Shown here piece by piece: positions 19,748 to 32,682 of a stretch of 64,000 bases of DNA. Positions within the stretch are counted from its first letter, which is position 1. Each line of letters starts with the position of its first letter. The translations under genes were made by a program, and so were the position numbers. The notes beneath the pieces are model-generated. The model was given only the letters and a program-made list of their open reading frames with translations, did no database searches and was not told where the DNA came from. Origin of the DNA: Polyangiales bacterium (lineage in GTDB: Bacteria > Myxococcota_A > Polyangia > Polyangiales > Ga0077539); the NCBI GenBank assembly GCA_044229975.1, contig JBGARZ010000007.1:288001-352000 (forward strand). The letters run 5' to 3'.

Positions 19748-22700
19748 GTGACTGGCCTTCCAGAACCTACTACCGCCGATGCGTCGCTCACGGTTGGCGC
19801 GTCGTCGGACCCTGCCCCGACACCGCGGGACGGTCGTTGCGTCGCTCGTCGCTACGACCTCATCGCCGCGATCGGACGGGGCGGCTACGGCACCGTCTGG
19901 AGTGCGTTCGATCGACTGAGCGAGTCGCGTGTCGCCCTGAAGTTCTGGAACCTTCGCGACTCTCCAGCCACCCGCATCCGGCGGGAGGTGGCGGCGTTGC
20001 GCATGCTGCGGGTGCCGGGTGTCGTGCAGCTCTTCGATGAGGGGCGCGATGGCGATGACGCGTTTCTGGTGATGGAGCTCATCGACGGCGTCGCGTTTCC
20101 GGGACGCTCGCTGCCATCGTCGTGGTCGGACGTGGCACCGACTGTCATCAGTCTTCTCGAGACGCTCGCGCTGGTTCACGCGCATGGCGTCGTGCACCGC
20201 GACCTCAAGCCCTCCAACGTCTTCGTCGACGCGAACGGGCGCCCGACGCTACTCGACTTCGGCATCGCTCTTGACGAGCGCGACGCCACATTGACCGGCA
20301 AGAACGAGACACTGGGCACCCCGGCCTACCTCGCGCCGGAGCAGTTTGCGGGCGAGCCGGTCGGTCCTGCGGCTGACCTCTATGCGCTTGGCACCATGCT
20401 CTACGAGACCCTCTCGGGCGACCTGCCCTTCGGTCGCCTGCCGCGAATGGCAACGATGTTCGCGCGCGCTTTCCGAGTGCCTCCGCCGCTCCTCGAAGTC
20501 GCACCGGATGTCCCTGGGCACGTCGCGGAGGTGGTCGACTCCATGCTTCGTCGCTCTCCGGCGGACCGGCCTCGTTCCGCAGGAGCAGTGATCGAGCTGC
20601 TTCGTGGGCGCCTCAGTACGCCCCCTTCCGCCGATGCTCCGGTCATCGTCGACGCCAACCTCGTCTCTGCCATCCTCGCTCGGGCTCAGGGTGGCCAGGC
20701 GGTCGATGTCGTCGGGCCGCCGGACGCAGGGCACTTTCGGGCGCTGCGCGCGGCCGCCGAGGTGTTCGCCGCGGCGGGGCAGGAGGTCCTCTACCTGGAG
20801 CGATCACATCGTCCGTTTGCCGCACTCACGGCCCTGGTCTCAGGAGCGACCGCCACGGAGGGGCTCGACGCCGTCGCGCAGCGGGTGGAAAACGGCTTGC
20901 GGACACGCCTGCGCGGCGGCGCGGTTGTCGTCGCGGAGCACGTCGAGGCAATCGATCGCTGGTCTCGCGGAGTGCTCGACCGTGTTCGCGGCGAGGGTCT
21001 CGTCATGCGCGGATTCGTTGCAAGGGAAGGGCTCCCGACGGATGCGATCGAGGCTCATCCGCTCGACGACGCCTCGCTACGAGCGCTCATCGCAGGTCCT
21101 GATCGGATACTCCACTTGAAAGAGGACGGTGCCCGACTGCTCCGTGCACGCACAGGCGGCCATGCGTTGGGTGTTGAGCGCGAGGTTCGTCGATGGCTTC
21201 GCGCCGGACTTGCACGATGGGATGGCTCTTCCCTCACGCTGCGTCGCGACGACCTCGCCCGCATCGAGGCCGAGCCGCAGCGACCGACCGATCCCACGCA
21301 CAGCGCGGCTTCTTCGAGAGAAGTCGGCGGGCACCACCGAGACATACTCGTGTGGATCGTGCTCGCGTGGCCGGTGGCGACGACCACGCTCCTCTCGGCG
21401 GCCACGGGCACGGCGCGTTGGGAGATCGAGGCGGCGGTCGCCGAACTCATGCAGGACGGATTGGTGTACGAGGAGCCGGACGGGAGCCTCATGACCGCGG
21501 TGCCCTTGCCGGTCGCCGAGCTGTGGCCCGCAGAGCGAATCGACGAAGCGCACCGTGCGCTCGGTCGGGTGACGGCGGTCGGCACCGAAGGACGCATGCG
21601 ACATCTGCTGGCAGGCTCATCGGGGAGGTTGGAACTCCTCGCAGGTGTCGTGGCCGAGGCAGTCGCGGTCACACGTCAGCTGACAGGTCGCGGGCTCTTG
21701 GGACGCGCCGAGGCGATCCTTCGTGAGTCGTTGATGCACCTGCGTCGACACGGCGCCGCGGGGGCCGAACTTGAAGCGCCCCTCCTCGCCGCCTGGGTCG
21801 ATGTTGCGCTCGCACAGAACACTCCGCACGCTATCGATCGAGTCCTGTACGAACTCTCTCGTGCCGAGCAGTTGTCTGCCTCGCACCATGCCATGGAGGC
21901 ACTGTCGCGGGCCGCGCTGTCGGCTCGAACCAACGGCGAGCACGCGCTTGCTCTCGCGAACTCCCTGCCGTTTATGGACGATCCGAGGCTCGAATGGTGG
22001 CGTCATTCGGTGCGTGTGATCGCCGCGCGGCGTTGCTCCCAGGCTGACGAGGAGCAAGTGCTCGCCGACGTGGCGGTCTGGGCTGATGGCGTCAATACAC
22101 CCGAGGCGGCGGCAAGTCTCGCGGGCTGGCGTGCGAGGCTCCGGTATCGACAAGGACGATTCGTGGAGGCCGCGGAGCTGTGGTTGGAGGCCATGCGCGG
22201 CGAGACGCTGCCAGAACGCCAACTCTCCGCGATGACAGGTGCCGCGTCGGGTCTCATGGAGGCTGCCCGATTGGACGAGGCTGGGCGTCTTGCGCACGAC
22301 GCGCTCGATGCGGCGCGGGCTGCGCGACATGTATATTTCGAGGCGAGAGCTGAGTGGCTTGTGCGCGCCGTCTACTATCGTCGTTGCCAGGCGCTGCAGC
22401 CAGACGAGGAGCTGGTGGCGGTCGTTGGTCTGGTCGGGGTGAGTGATCTGGAGGCGCTGGTGTGCCTGACCGAAGCCGCCGTCGCCTGGCGTGTCGGTCA
22501 GACCGAAACCTGCGCGCGCCTCGCGTCGCGTGTGTCGGAACTTTGGCGTCGCAGCGGCTGGTCGTGGCCGGTCGTCCTTCCGCAGAGCCTTGAGCTAGTG
22601 GTCGCGCGCACCGACGTCGTCGATCAGGCGAAGGCACTCATGCATCAGGCTGTGGACTGCCCCATCGCGAGCGTAGGAATCCAAGCACTCGGCCTTCTTG

Positions 22701-22852
22701 CGTTTGGGTTTCCTCAGCTTCGAGAGGGGCTGCGCGCGGCCATCGAGATGCAGGCGAAGACCGTCGATCGACACCTTTGGGAGATTCGCATGGAGGTGAT
22801 CTCGGTCCGAGAGGCGCTCGTCGCTGTTGGTGTCCACGGTGGCGGGTTCTGA
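19748..22852 (+). CDS. Hanks-type Ser/Thr protein kinase with degenerate ATPase-like middle and helical-repeat C-terminus
   Basis: GRGGYG, VALK, HRDLKPSN, DFG, GTPAYLAPE and DLYALG. Confidence 0.9.
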   Translation: MTGLPEPTTADASLTVGASSDPAPTPRDGRCVARRYDLIAAIGRGGYGTVWSAFDRLSESRVALKFWNLRDSPATRIRREVAALRMLRVPGVVQLFDEGRDGDDAFLVMELIDGVAFPGRSLPSSWSDVAPTVISLLETLALVHAHGVVHRDLKPSNVFVDANGRPTLLDFGIALDERDATLTGKNETLGTPAYLAPEQFAGEPVGPAADLYALGTMLYETLSGDLPFGRLPRMATMFARAFRVPPPLLEVAPDVPGHVAEVVDSMLRRSPADRPRSAGAVIELLRGRLSTPPSADAPVIVDANLVSAILARAQGGQAVDVVGPPDAGHFRALRAAAEVFAAAGQEVLYLERSHRPFAALTALVSGATATEGLDAVAQRVENGLRTRLRGGAVVVAEHVEAIDRWSRGVLDRVRGEGLVMRGFVAREGLPTDAIEAHPLDDASLRALIAGPDRILHLKEDGARLLRARTGGHALGVEREVRRWLRAGLARWDGSSLTLRRDDLARIEAEPQRPTDPTHSAASSREVGGHHRDILVWIVLAWPVATTTLLSAATGTARWEIEAAVAELMQDGLVYEEPDGSLMTAVPLPVAELWPAERIDEAHRALGRVTAVGTEGRMRHLLAGSSGRLELLAGVVAEAVAVTRQLTGRGLLGRAEAILRESLMHLRRHGAAGAELEAPLLAAWVDVALAQNTPHAIDRVLYELSRAEQLSASHHAMEALSRAALSARTNGEHALALANSLPFMDDPRLEWWRHSVRVIAARRCSQADEEQVLADVAVWADGVNTPEAAASLAGWRARLRYRQGRFVEAAELWLEAMRGETLPERQLSAMTGAASGLMEAARLDEAGRLAHDALDAARAARHVYFEARAEWLVRAVYYRRCQALQPDEELVAVVGLVGVSDLEALVCLTEAAVAWRVGQTETCARLASRVSELWRRSGWSWPVVLPQSLELVVARTDVVDQAKALMHQAVDCPIASVGIQALGLLAFGFPQLREGLRAAIEMQAKTVDRHLWEIRMEVISVREALVAVGVHGGGF

Positions 22853-23040
22853 CTTCGGCTTGCCCGTAACGGACAGGCTGCGTCGACCGGAACCCCGTAC
22901 TCTCGGATGCGACAGTCCGATCGAAGATCGGGTGTGCGAATCGTGCACAGCGATGCGTATTCGAAGTCCCAATAGAGCACAGTTCATTTGCTTCGAGTTG
23001 AGTTACATCATCAACGCTCCGAGGGATATCGTCTCTGGCG

Positions 23041-24216
23041 GTGGACACGCCCGCTCGTCGCGCCCCGCTGCTCTGGACACTCGCCGTCGCGATGACCTCG
23101 TGCGCGTTGGAGAACCCCTCTCTGCGCCACGCGCCGGAGCCCGACCCTCGCTTCGTCGACGCGCAGCCGATCGACGCCGGCGAGCCCGCCGCCGATGCAC
23201 CGAACGACCTCGGTGTCGCTGACGTCGTGGACGCTCCCGCGGGCGACACGGTCGTCGCGGCGCTCGACGTCCCAGCGGACGCCCTGATCCCCGCCGAGGA
23301 CATCGCCGACGCGCCCGACGACGCGCCCGCGATCGACGCTGGCGACGTCGTGGATGCTCGTGACGTCATCGATGCGCCCGACGTCGTCGACGCTCCCGAC
23401 GCGGCCGATGTGCGCGACGTCGTCGATGTTCCCGACGTGGTCGATGTGCGGGCCGACGTCCCGCCCGCCATCGATGCGCCGCCCGCCATCGATGCGCCGA
23501 TCGTCGTCGATGGGCCTGGCGCGGATGCGGGCGATCGTCCGGCCACGCTCGATACGGGTCGCCTCGACACGGGCGCCGCGTTCGACTCGGGCGCGCTCGA
23601 CACCGGGATGGTCGTCACGGGACCCATCGGTGGCGCCTGTGGAGGCAACGGTCAGGCGTGCTGCAACAACGGCCGCTGCGACACCGACCGCGTCTGCACG
23701 CCGCGCATCGCCGCCTCGCCGATCTGCCTCGACTGCGGCGGCAACGCTCAGCCCTGCTGCGACTTCGGCCGCTGCGACCCGGGCGCCGCCTGCACGCCGC
23801 GCATCGGGGCGACGCCCATCTGCCTGAGCTGCGGCGGCAACGGCGAGGCGTGCTGCAACGGCGGCGGCTGCGAAGGCGAGCGCGTCTGCACCGAGCGCAT
23901 CGCGGCGTACGCCGTGTGTCTCGACTGCGGCGGCAACGGTCAACCGTGCTGCGCCTTCGGGCGCTGTGGCGCGGGGCGGGCGTGCGTGGAGTTCCCGGCC
24001 GTCCCGCCGTTGTGCGTGAACTGCGGCGGCAACAACGAGCCGTGCTGCGCCTTCGGCGGGTGCGACGTCGGGCGCACGTGCCTCCCGCGCATCGGGACCA
24101 TCCCGGCCTGCCGCGACTGCGGCGGCAACGGGCAGCCGTGCTGCGGTGGCGTCACGTGCGAGGGCACGCGGCGGTGCGTGCTGGGCATCGGGGAGCCGTA
24201 TCCGTTCTGTCGATGA
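23041..24216 (+). CDS. lipoprotein with Asp-rich linker and five CGGNG/NE.CC repeats
   Basis: Lipobox MTSC-ALENP; DVVDAP repeats; five ~32-aa Cys-rich repeats. Confidence 0.8.
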   Translation: MDTPARRAPLLWTLAVAMTSCALENPSLRHAPEPDPRFVDAQPIDAGEPAADAPNDLGVADVVDAPAGDTVVAALDVPADALIPAEDIADAPDDAPAIDAGDVVDARDVIDAPDVVDAPDAADVRDVVDVPDVVDVRADVPPAIDAPPAIDAPIVVDGPGADAGDRPATLDTGRLDTGAAFDSGALDTGMVVTGPIGGACGGNGQACCNNGRCDTDRVCTPRIAASPICLDCGGNAQPCCDFGRCDPGAACTPRIGATPICLSCGGNGEACCNGGGCEGERVCTERIAAYAVCLDCGGNGQPCCAFGRCGAGRACVEFPAVPPLCVNCGGNNEPCCAFGGCDVGRTCLPRIGTIPACRDCGGNGQPCCGGVTCEGTRRCVLGIGEPYPFCR

Positions 24217-24241
24217 GCGATGGCCCTCCGCTCGCCGCCCA

Positions 24242-25242
24242 TCACTCCCTCCCGTCCACCCCAAACCCCTTCAACAACTCATCGGCCGCCGCGGTCGGCG
24301 TCATCTTCCCCGCCAGCACCGCGGCCTCCACCGCCCCGACGCGCCCCGCCACCGCCGCGTCTGCCCGGAATCGCCGCTCCAGCCGCTCGGTGATCAGCGC
24401 CCACATCCACGCCCGCTGCTGCTCCGCGCGCATCGCCCCGAGCTCGCCCGTCGCCGCGAGCGCCGCCCGGTGCTCTTCCACCATTCCCCACAACTCATCG
24501 AGCCCGGCGCCCGTCTGTCCCGACACCGCCACCGCCCGCGTCGCCCAGCCCGGTCGCTTGCGCGGCAGGTACCGTATCGCCGCGCGGATGTCCCCCAACG
24601 CCACGCGCGCCCGCATCTCCCCGTCGCCATCGGCCTTGTTCACCGCGATGGCATCCGCCAGTTCGAACACCCCCTTCTTGATGCCTTGCAGCTCGTCGCC
24701 CGACCCGGGCAACGCCAGCACCAGGAAGAAGTCCACCATGTCCGCGACGGCCGTCTCCCCCTGGCCGACGCCCACCGTCTCTACCAGCACCACGTCGAAG
24801 CCCGCTGCTTCGCACAGCAGCAGCGTCTCCCGCGTGCGCCGCGCGACGCCGCCCGGCGACAGCCCGCTCGGCGACGGCCGGATGTACGCCCGCGGCTCAA
24901 CCGACAACCGCGCCATACGGGTCTTGTCACCAAGAATCGATCCACCCGACAACGCGCTCGATGGGTCGATGGCCAGCACCGCGACCCGATGTCCCTTCGC
25001 CACTAGCCGCATCCCGAGCTCATCGACGAAGGTGCTCTTCCCCACACCCGGAACGCCCGTCACCCCCACGCGCCGCGCCCCGCCCGTCACTGGCAACAGT
25101 CGAGTGAGCAGCGCCTGCGCCAGCGCCCCGTCCTCCGCCGTCCGGCTCTCGACCAGGGTGATGGCCCGCGCCAGCACCGCGCGGTCGGCGGCACGCACGC
25201 CCCGCTCGTACTCATCGAGCGTGAGGCGCTGCCGCCGCCCGC

Positions 25243-25246
<4 letters not shown>
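24242..25246 (-). CDS. meaB: methylmalonyl-CoA mutase-associated GTPase MeaB
   Basis: [48 protein letters not shown] and NKAD. GTG start overlaps the mutase stop. Confidence 0.95.
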
Positions 25247-27384
<2,138 letters not shown>

Positions 27385-27406
27385 CGCACTCCCCCGATCG
27401 TGAGCT

Positions 27407-27456
27407 CATCGCGCCCGTCTGCCGCGGGTTGAAACCCACGGCAGACGGACGCGATG
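27407..27456 (-). repeat. REP-like intergenic hairpin (family 2)
   Basis: On the minus strand CATCGCGTCCGTCTGCCGTGGGTT-TC-AACCCGCGGCAGACGGGCGCGATG folds fully with G-U pairs; core shared with 62784-62818. Confidence 0.75.
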
Positions 27457-27472
27457 GCTTCGTCGGTGTTCC

Positions 27473-29161
27473 TCACGACACCACCTCCAACACATCCCTC
27501 AACGCCGCGACCACGTCACACCCCACATAGATGAACCCATCCACCCCCGCCTCACGTAACCCCGCCTCCAGCGCCCCCGGCCTTCCCGCCAGCAGCACCC
27601 GTTTACAGCCCGCCGCCTTCAGCGCCCGCGCCGCCTCCGCCGCTTCCGTCGCGTAGCGCTCGTCGGCGCCACACAGACACGCCACCGCTGCCGCCGCCCC
27701 CTCCTTCGCGCGCAGTCCCCCCGCCGCGAACAATGCCGTCGCAAACCCCACCCGCGCCCGGTGCTCCGCGGGCGGTCCGAGCGTCACCAGGGCCACCGCC
27801 CCGTCGAGCCCGTCCGCCCGATCGCGCAGCGCCTCGAACTCCTCCGCGTCGCGCCTCCGCGGCAGTCCCTCTCCCGTCGTCGCCGCCGTCTCGCCAGCCA
27901 GCCGGGTCTCATCGAGGTTGGCAAACTCCGACACGCCCGTGATCGCCTCCTTCCGCTTCGCGATGACCTCGCGACGCTTCGCCCACGCCGCGTCGAGCCG
28001 CGCCCGCAGGCTCCCGTCCGTCAGCGCTGCCGCCACGCCGCCCGCCGCCTCCATCGCGCGAAAGCGCCGCCAGCCTTCACGGGCGAGCGCTTCGGTGAGG
28101 TGTTCGAGGTAGTAGGCGCCGCCGGCCGGGTCGACGACGCGACCGAGGTGGCTCTCCTCGCGCAGCACGAGGCAGGTGTTGCGCGCGACACGACGACCGT
28201 GCGCGCCCGGTGCGCCGACGGCCTCATCGAAGCTCGCGGGCGTGACCAGATCGGCGCCACCCAGCACCGCGGCAAACACCTGCGTCGACACGCGCAGCAG
28301 GTTGACCCACGGATCGCGCGCGGTGAGCGTTCGCGACGAGCAGACGGCGTGCAGCACCGGCATCGTCGCACCCGCAACACCCGCGGCGGTGAGCATCTTT
28401 CCCCAGCACAACCGCAGCGCGCGCAGCTTGCACAGCTCGGCGAAGGTGTCGCGCCCCACGGCCACCTGCACCGCGAGATGCTTCGCCGCGACCGCCGCAG
28501 CGAGGCCCGCGTCGAGCAGCGCGCGCAGGTACGCGACCGCCGTCGACAGCGCGAGGGCGATCTCGTCGGCCGCGTCGGCTCCTGCGTCGTGATACGCGAG
28601 CGTGGACACCAGCGCGCCGCAGCCCAGCGGGTAGCGCTCGTTCACGGCCGTCACGGTGTGCCCGAGCTGCGCGAGCGCATCGGCGACGCCCGTCGTCGCA
28701 ACGACCCCGCGCGCAACCCTGGCCAACGGGTCAGCCGCGAGCGTGAAGTGCACCCCCGTCGTCGGAACCCCATGGCGCGCGGCGTCTTCCATCAACGAAG
28801 CGAGCGCGCCCAGCTCGGACCCGTCGCCATCGACCACGAAGTGCATCTCACGCGCCTTCGCATGGGCGAAGACACCATCGGCCTTCGCGCGCAGCCACAG
28901 AGCCTCGGCGCCGCCGTCGAGGTCATCGCGGAGAGCCGCGGGGTCGTTGGCGTCGTGGCGCATGCACACGCGAAACGGGGCCGCCGCGCCGAGGGTGCGC
29001 GCTTCGGTCGGCGGCGCGTCGGTGTACAGCGGTTGCACCGCGATGCCCTCGGGCGTGGTGTGCACCAGGGTCTTCTCGAAGGAGGCGCCCGCGAGCTCTT
29101 TCTCGACCTGGGCGCGCCACTGTCCAACGGTCACTTCGGGGAGGGTCATTCGGTCACTCAC
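27473..29161 (-). CDS. mutA: methylmalonyl-CoA mutase small subunit
   Basis: [49 protein letters not shown] and GVSEF; lacks the DxHxxG B12 motif. Start is GTG 29161 or ATG 29149. Confidence 0.9.
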   Translation of the reverse strand: MSDRMTLPEVTVGQWRAQVEKELAGASFEKTLVHTTPEGIAVQPLYTDAPPTEARTLGAAAPFRVCMRHDANDPAALRDDLDGGAEALWLRAKADGVFAHAKAREMHFVVDGDGSELGALASLMEDAARHGVPTTGVHFTLAADPLARVARGVVATTGVADALAQLGHTVTAVNERYPLGCGALVSTLAYHDAGADAADEIALALSTAVAYLRALLDAGLAAAVAAKHLAVQVAVGRDTFAELCKLRALRLCWGKMLTAAGVAGATMPVLHAVCSSRTLTARDPWVNLLRVSTQVFAAVLGGADLVTPASFDEAVGAPGAHGRRVARNTCLVLREESHLGRVVDPAGGAYYLEHLTEALAREGWRRFRAMEAAGGVAAALTDGSLRARLDAAWAKRREVIAKRKEAITGVSEFANLDETRLAGETAATTGEGLPRRRDAEEFEALRDRADGLDGAVALVTLGPPAEHRARVGFATALFAAGGLRAKEGAAAAVACLCGADERYATEAAEAARALKAAGCKRVLLAGRPGALEAGLREAGVDGFIYVGCDVVAALRDVLEVVS

Positions 29162-32100
29162 ATGTTCCGCCGATACTGTCCGCCCACGCGGTACAGCGCG
29201 CCCGAGAGCTGGCCCAGCGTGCACACCTTGCACGCCTCCATCAGCGCCTCGAACACGTTGCCGCCCTCCAGCGCCGCCCGCTGCACTGCCTCCAGCGCCT
29301 TCTCCGCCGTGCCCTCATTGCGCTTCCAGAACGCGTTGCGCGCCTCGATGGCGTAGTCCTTCTCCTCGCCTGTCGCGCGAATCACCTCCGGTGGCGTCAC
29401 CGTCGGCGACCCCTTCGGGTCAAGGAAGGTATTCACCCCCACGATGGGCAACGTCCCGTCGTGCTTCAGCATCTCGTAGTGCAGCGACTCTTCCTGAATC
29501 TTCGAGCGCTGATACATCCGCTCCATCGCCCCGAGCACGCCGCCGCGCTCCGAGATGGCCCGGAATTCCGCCAGCACCGCGGCCTCCACGAGATCGGTCA
29601 GCTCTTCGATGATGAATGAACCCTGCGACGGGTTTTCGTTCTTCGAGAGGCCAAACTCCTTGCTGATGACCAACTGAATCGCCAGCGCCCGCCGTACGCT
29701 CTCCTCGGTCGGAGTCGTGATGGCCTCGTCGTAGGCGTTGGTGTGGAGGGAGTTGCAGTTGTCGTTGAGCGCCAGCAGCGCCTGGAGCGTGGTGCGGATG
29801 TCGTTGAAGGCGATCTCCTGCGCGTGCAGCGATCGGCCCGACGTCTGGATGTGATATTTCAGCTTCTGCGAGCGATCGTTGCCGCCGTACTTGTCCCGAA
29901 TGGCCCGCGCCCAGATGCGCCGCGCCACGCGACCGAGCACCGCATACTCCGGGTCCATCCCATTGGAGAAGAAGAACGACAGGTTGGGCGCGAAGTCGTC
30001 GATGTTCATCCCCCGCGAGAGGTAGTACTCGACAAAGGTGAACCCGTTGGCCAGCGTGAACGCGAGCTGCGAGATGGGGTTCGCCCCCGCCTCAGCGATG
30101 TGATAGCCGCTAATCGACACCGAATAGAAATTGCGAACCTTCTTGTCGATGAAGAGCTGCTGGATGTCCCCCATCATCCGCAGCGCAAACTCCGTCGAGA
30201 AGATGCAGGTGTTCTGCGCCTGGTCTTCCTTGAGGATGTCGGCCTGCACCGTCCCGCGCACCGCCGAGAGCGTCTTCGCCTTGATCTTCTCGTAGACGTC
30301 CCTCGGCAAGACGTCGTCTCCCGACACGCCCAATAGCAACAACCCCAGGCCGTCGTTGCCCTCGGGCAGCGCGCCCTGGTACCGCGGCCTCGCCACACCC
30401 TTCTCCGCGTAGATCGCCTCGATCTTCGCGTCGACCTCGGCCGCCAATCCCTGCGCGTGGATGTACCGCTCGCACTGCTGATCGATGGCGGCGTTGAGGT
30501 AGAAGCCCAACAGCATTGGCGCGGGGCCGTTGATGGTCATGGACACCGACGTGGTCGGGTCGGCGAGGTCGAAGCCCGAGTAGAGCTTCTTGGCATCATC
30601 GACACTCGCGATGGAAACCCCCGAGTTGCCGACCTTCCCATAGATGTCCGGCCGATGATCGGGGTCCTCTCCGTAGAGCGTCACCGAGTCAAAGGCCGTC
30701 GAGAGTCGCTTGGCGGGAAGTCCCCTGGAGACGTAGTGGAAGCGCTTGTTGGTGCGCTCGGGCCCGCCCTCTCCCGCGAACATCCGCGCCGGGTCTTCGC
30801 CCTCACGCTTCAGCGGAAACACGCCCGCCGTGAAGGGGAAATCCCCCGGAGCGTTTTCGCGCAACAGCCACGTCAACACGTCTCCCCAGTCTTCATAACG
30901 AGGGAGGGAGATCTTCGGGATGCGGAGCTTCGAGAGCGACTCGTAGACGAGGTCGAGCTCGATGACCTTGTCGCGCACCTGAAACTGGTACTTCGACGCG
31001 GCATAGCGTCGCTTCGTGGTGGGCCACTGGGCGAGCAGGCGACGGCACTCGGGGTCGAGGCGCGCTTCGAGGTCGCGGTAGAGCTCGACGAGGTCGGCCA
31101 CGTAGGCGGGCTCATCCTCCACGCGCTCGGTGACGTGGACGGCGTCGTCGCCCGAGCGCGGCTCGACGATCTCCAGGCGCTTCTTCCCCACGTTGGAGCG
31201 CAGCGCCTCGATGGTGCCGTGGAGCTGGTACATGCGCCGCGCGATGGCGCACTGGGCGCGCACGAAGCGGTCGGCGGCCTCGCACGTCTCGACGATCTCG
31301 GCGAGGTAGCGGGTGCGCTCCGGGGGGATGATCCAGCGCTTCTCGCTCATGGCCGCGGTGAGCTCGAAGCGTGAGTGGAGCGGGGCGCCGGTGCGCTCGA
31401 CGAGCACGTCCATGAGCTTGCGGTAGAGCCTGCTCATGCCGGGGTCGTTGAACTGCGCGGCGATGGTCCCGTAGACGGGGACGTCGTCCTCGGCGATGGC
31501 GAAGGCGTTGTGGTTGCGGCGCCACTGCTTGCGCACGTCGCGCAGCGCGTCGAGCGAGCCGCGCTTGTCGAACTTGTTGATGGCGACGACGTCGGCGAAG
31601 TCGAGCATGTCGATCTTCTCCAGCTGCGTGGCGGCGCCGTACTCCGCGGTCATCAGGTAGAGCGACACGTCGGCGTGCTCGGTGATCTCCGTGTCGGACT
31701 GGCCGATGCCCGAGGTCTCGACGACGATGAGGTCGAAGCCCGCCGCGCGGCACACCTCGATGGACTCGCGCACGTGCTTGGAGAGCGCGAGGTTGGACTG
31801 CCGCGTCGCGAGCGAGCGCATGTACACGCGCTTGCTGTCGATGGCGTTCATGCGGATGCGGTCGCCGAGGAGCGCGCCGCCGGACTTGCGCTTGGAGGGG
31901 TCGACCGAGAGCACCGCGATGGTCTTGTCGGGGAAGTCGGCGAGAAACCGTCGCACGAGCTCGTCGACGAGGCTCGATTTGCCTGCGCCGCCGGTGCCCG
32001 TGACGCCGAGCACGGGCACGCGGGGCACCGCCGCGACGAGGGGCGCGAGCGCGGCGCGGAGGTCGTCGCCCGCGGCGGGGAAGTTCTCCGCGACGGTGAT

Positions 32101-32616
32101 GAGCGTCGCGATGGTGGCGGGATCGCGACGCGGGAGGCCGTCGAGCGCGGCCTTGAACTCCGCGGGCCGCTTCTCGAAGTCGCACTGGCGGAGGAGGTCG
32201 TCGATCATGCCCTGGAGGCCGAGCGCGCGGCCGTCGTCGGGCGAGTAGATGCGGGCGACGCCGTAGCGGTGCAGCTCCTCGATCTCGGTGGGGAGGATGG
32301 TTCCGCCGCCGCCGCCGAAGACGCGGGTGTTGGCTCCGCGCTCGCGGAGCAGGTCGATCATGTACTTGAAGTACTCGACGTGGCCGCCCTGGTACGACGT
32401 GATGGCAATGCCCTGGACGTCCTCCTGGATGGCGCACTCGACGATCTCGGAGACGGAGCGGTTGTGCCCGAGGTGGATCACCTCGGCGCCCGACGCCTGC
32501 ATGATGCGGCGCATCACGTTGATGGCGGCGTCGTGGCCGTCGAAGAGCGAGGCCGCCGTGACGATGCGAACGTGGTGGCGCGGCTTGTACGGAGCGGGCG
32601 CGTCGATGGTCTTCAC
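29158..32616 (-). CDS. icmF: fused isobutyryl-CoA mutase/GTPase IcmF
   Basis: N-terminal B12 domain [12 protein letters not shown]; GTPase GTGGAGKSS and NKFD; mutase RMFAGEG; ends GGQYRRNM. Confidence 0.96.
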   Translation of the reverse strand: MKTIDAPAPYKPRHHVRIVTAASLFDGHDAAINVMRRIMQASGAEVIHLGHNRSVSEIVECAIQEDVQGIAITSYQGGHVEYFKYMIDLLRERGANTRVFGGGGGTILPTEIEELHRYGVARIYSPDDGRALGLQGMIDDLLRQCDFEKRPAEFKAALDGLPRRDPATIATLITVAENFPAAGDDLRAALAPLVAAVPRVPVLGVTGTGGAGKSSLVDELVRRFLADFPDKTIAVLSVDPSKRKSGGALLGDRIRMNAIDSKRVYMRSLATRQSNLALSKHVRESIEVCRAAGFDLIVVETSGIGQSDTEITEHADVSLYLMTAEYGAATQLEKIDMLDFADVVAINKFDKRGSLDALRDVRKQWRRNHNAFAIAEDDVPVYGTIAAQFNDPGMSRLYRKLMDVLVERTGAPLHSRFELTAAMSEKRWIIPPERTRYLAEIVETCEAADRFVRAQCAIARRMYQLHGTIEALRSNVGKKRLEIVEPRSGDDAVHVTERVEDEPAYVADLVELYRDLEARLDPECRRLLAQWPTTKRRYAASKYQFQVRDKVIELDLVYESLSKLRIPKISLPRYEDWGDVLTWLLRENAPGDFPFTAGVFPLKREGEDPARMFAGEGGPERTNKRFHYVSRGLPAKRLSTAFDSVTLYGEDPDHRPDIYGKVGNSGVSIASVDDAKKLYSGFDLADPTTSVSMTINGPAPMLLGFYLNAAIDQQCERYIHAQGLAAEVDAKIEAIYAEKGVARPRYQGALPEGNDGLGLLLLGVSGDDVLPRDVYEKIKAKTLSAVRGTVQADILKEDQAQNTCIFSTEFALRMMGDIQQLFIDKKVRNFYSVSISGYHIAEAGANPISQLAFTLANGFTFVEYYLSRGMNIDDFAPNLSFFFSNGMDPEYAVLGRVARRIWARAIRDKYGGNDRSQKLKYHIQTSGRSLHAQEIAFNDIRTTLQALLALNDNCNSLHTNAYDEAITTPTEESVRRALAIQLVISKEFGLSKNENPSQGSFIIEELTDLVEAAVLAEFRAISERGGVLGAMERMYQRSKIQEESLHYEMLKHDGTLPIVGVNTFLDPKGSPTVTPPEVIRATGEEKDYAIEARNAFWKRNEGTAEKALEAVQRAALEGGNVFEALMEACKVCTLGQLSGALYRVGGQYRRNM

Positions 32617-32682
32617 GCGCGGAGAGTAGGAGGGCGGGCGACGGGGAGACAAGCCCGACGCATTGTCGCGGGGCGCCGTTTG

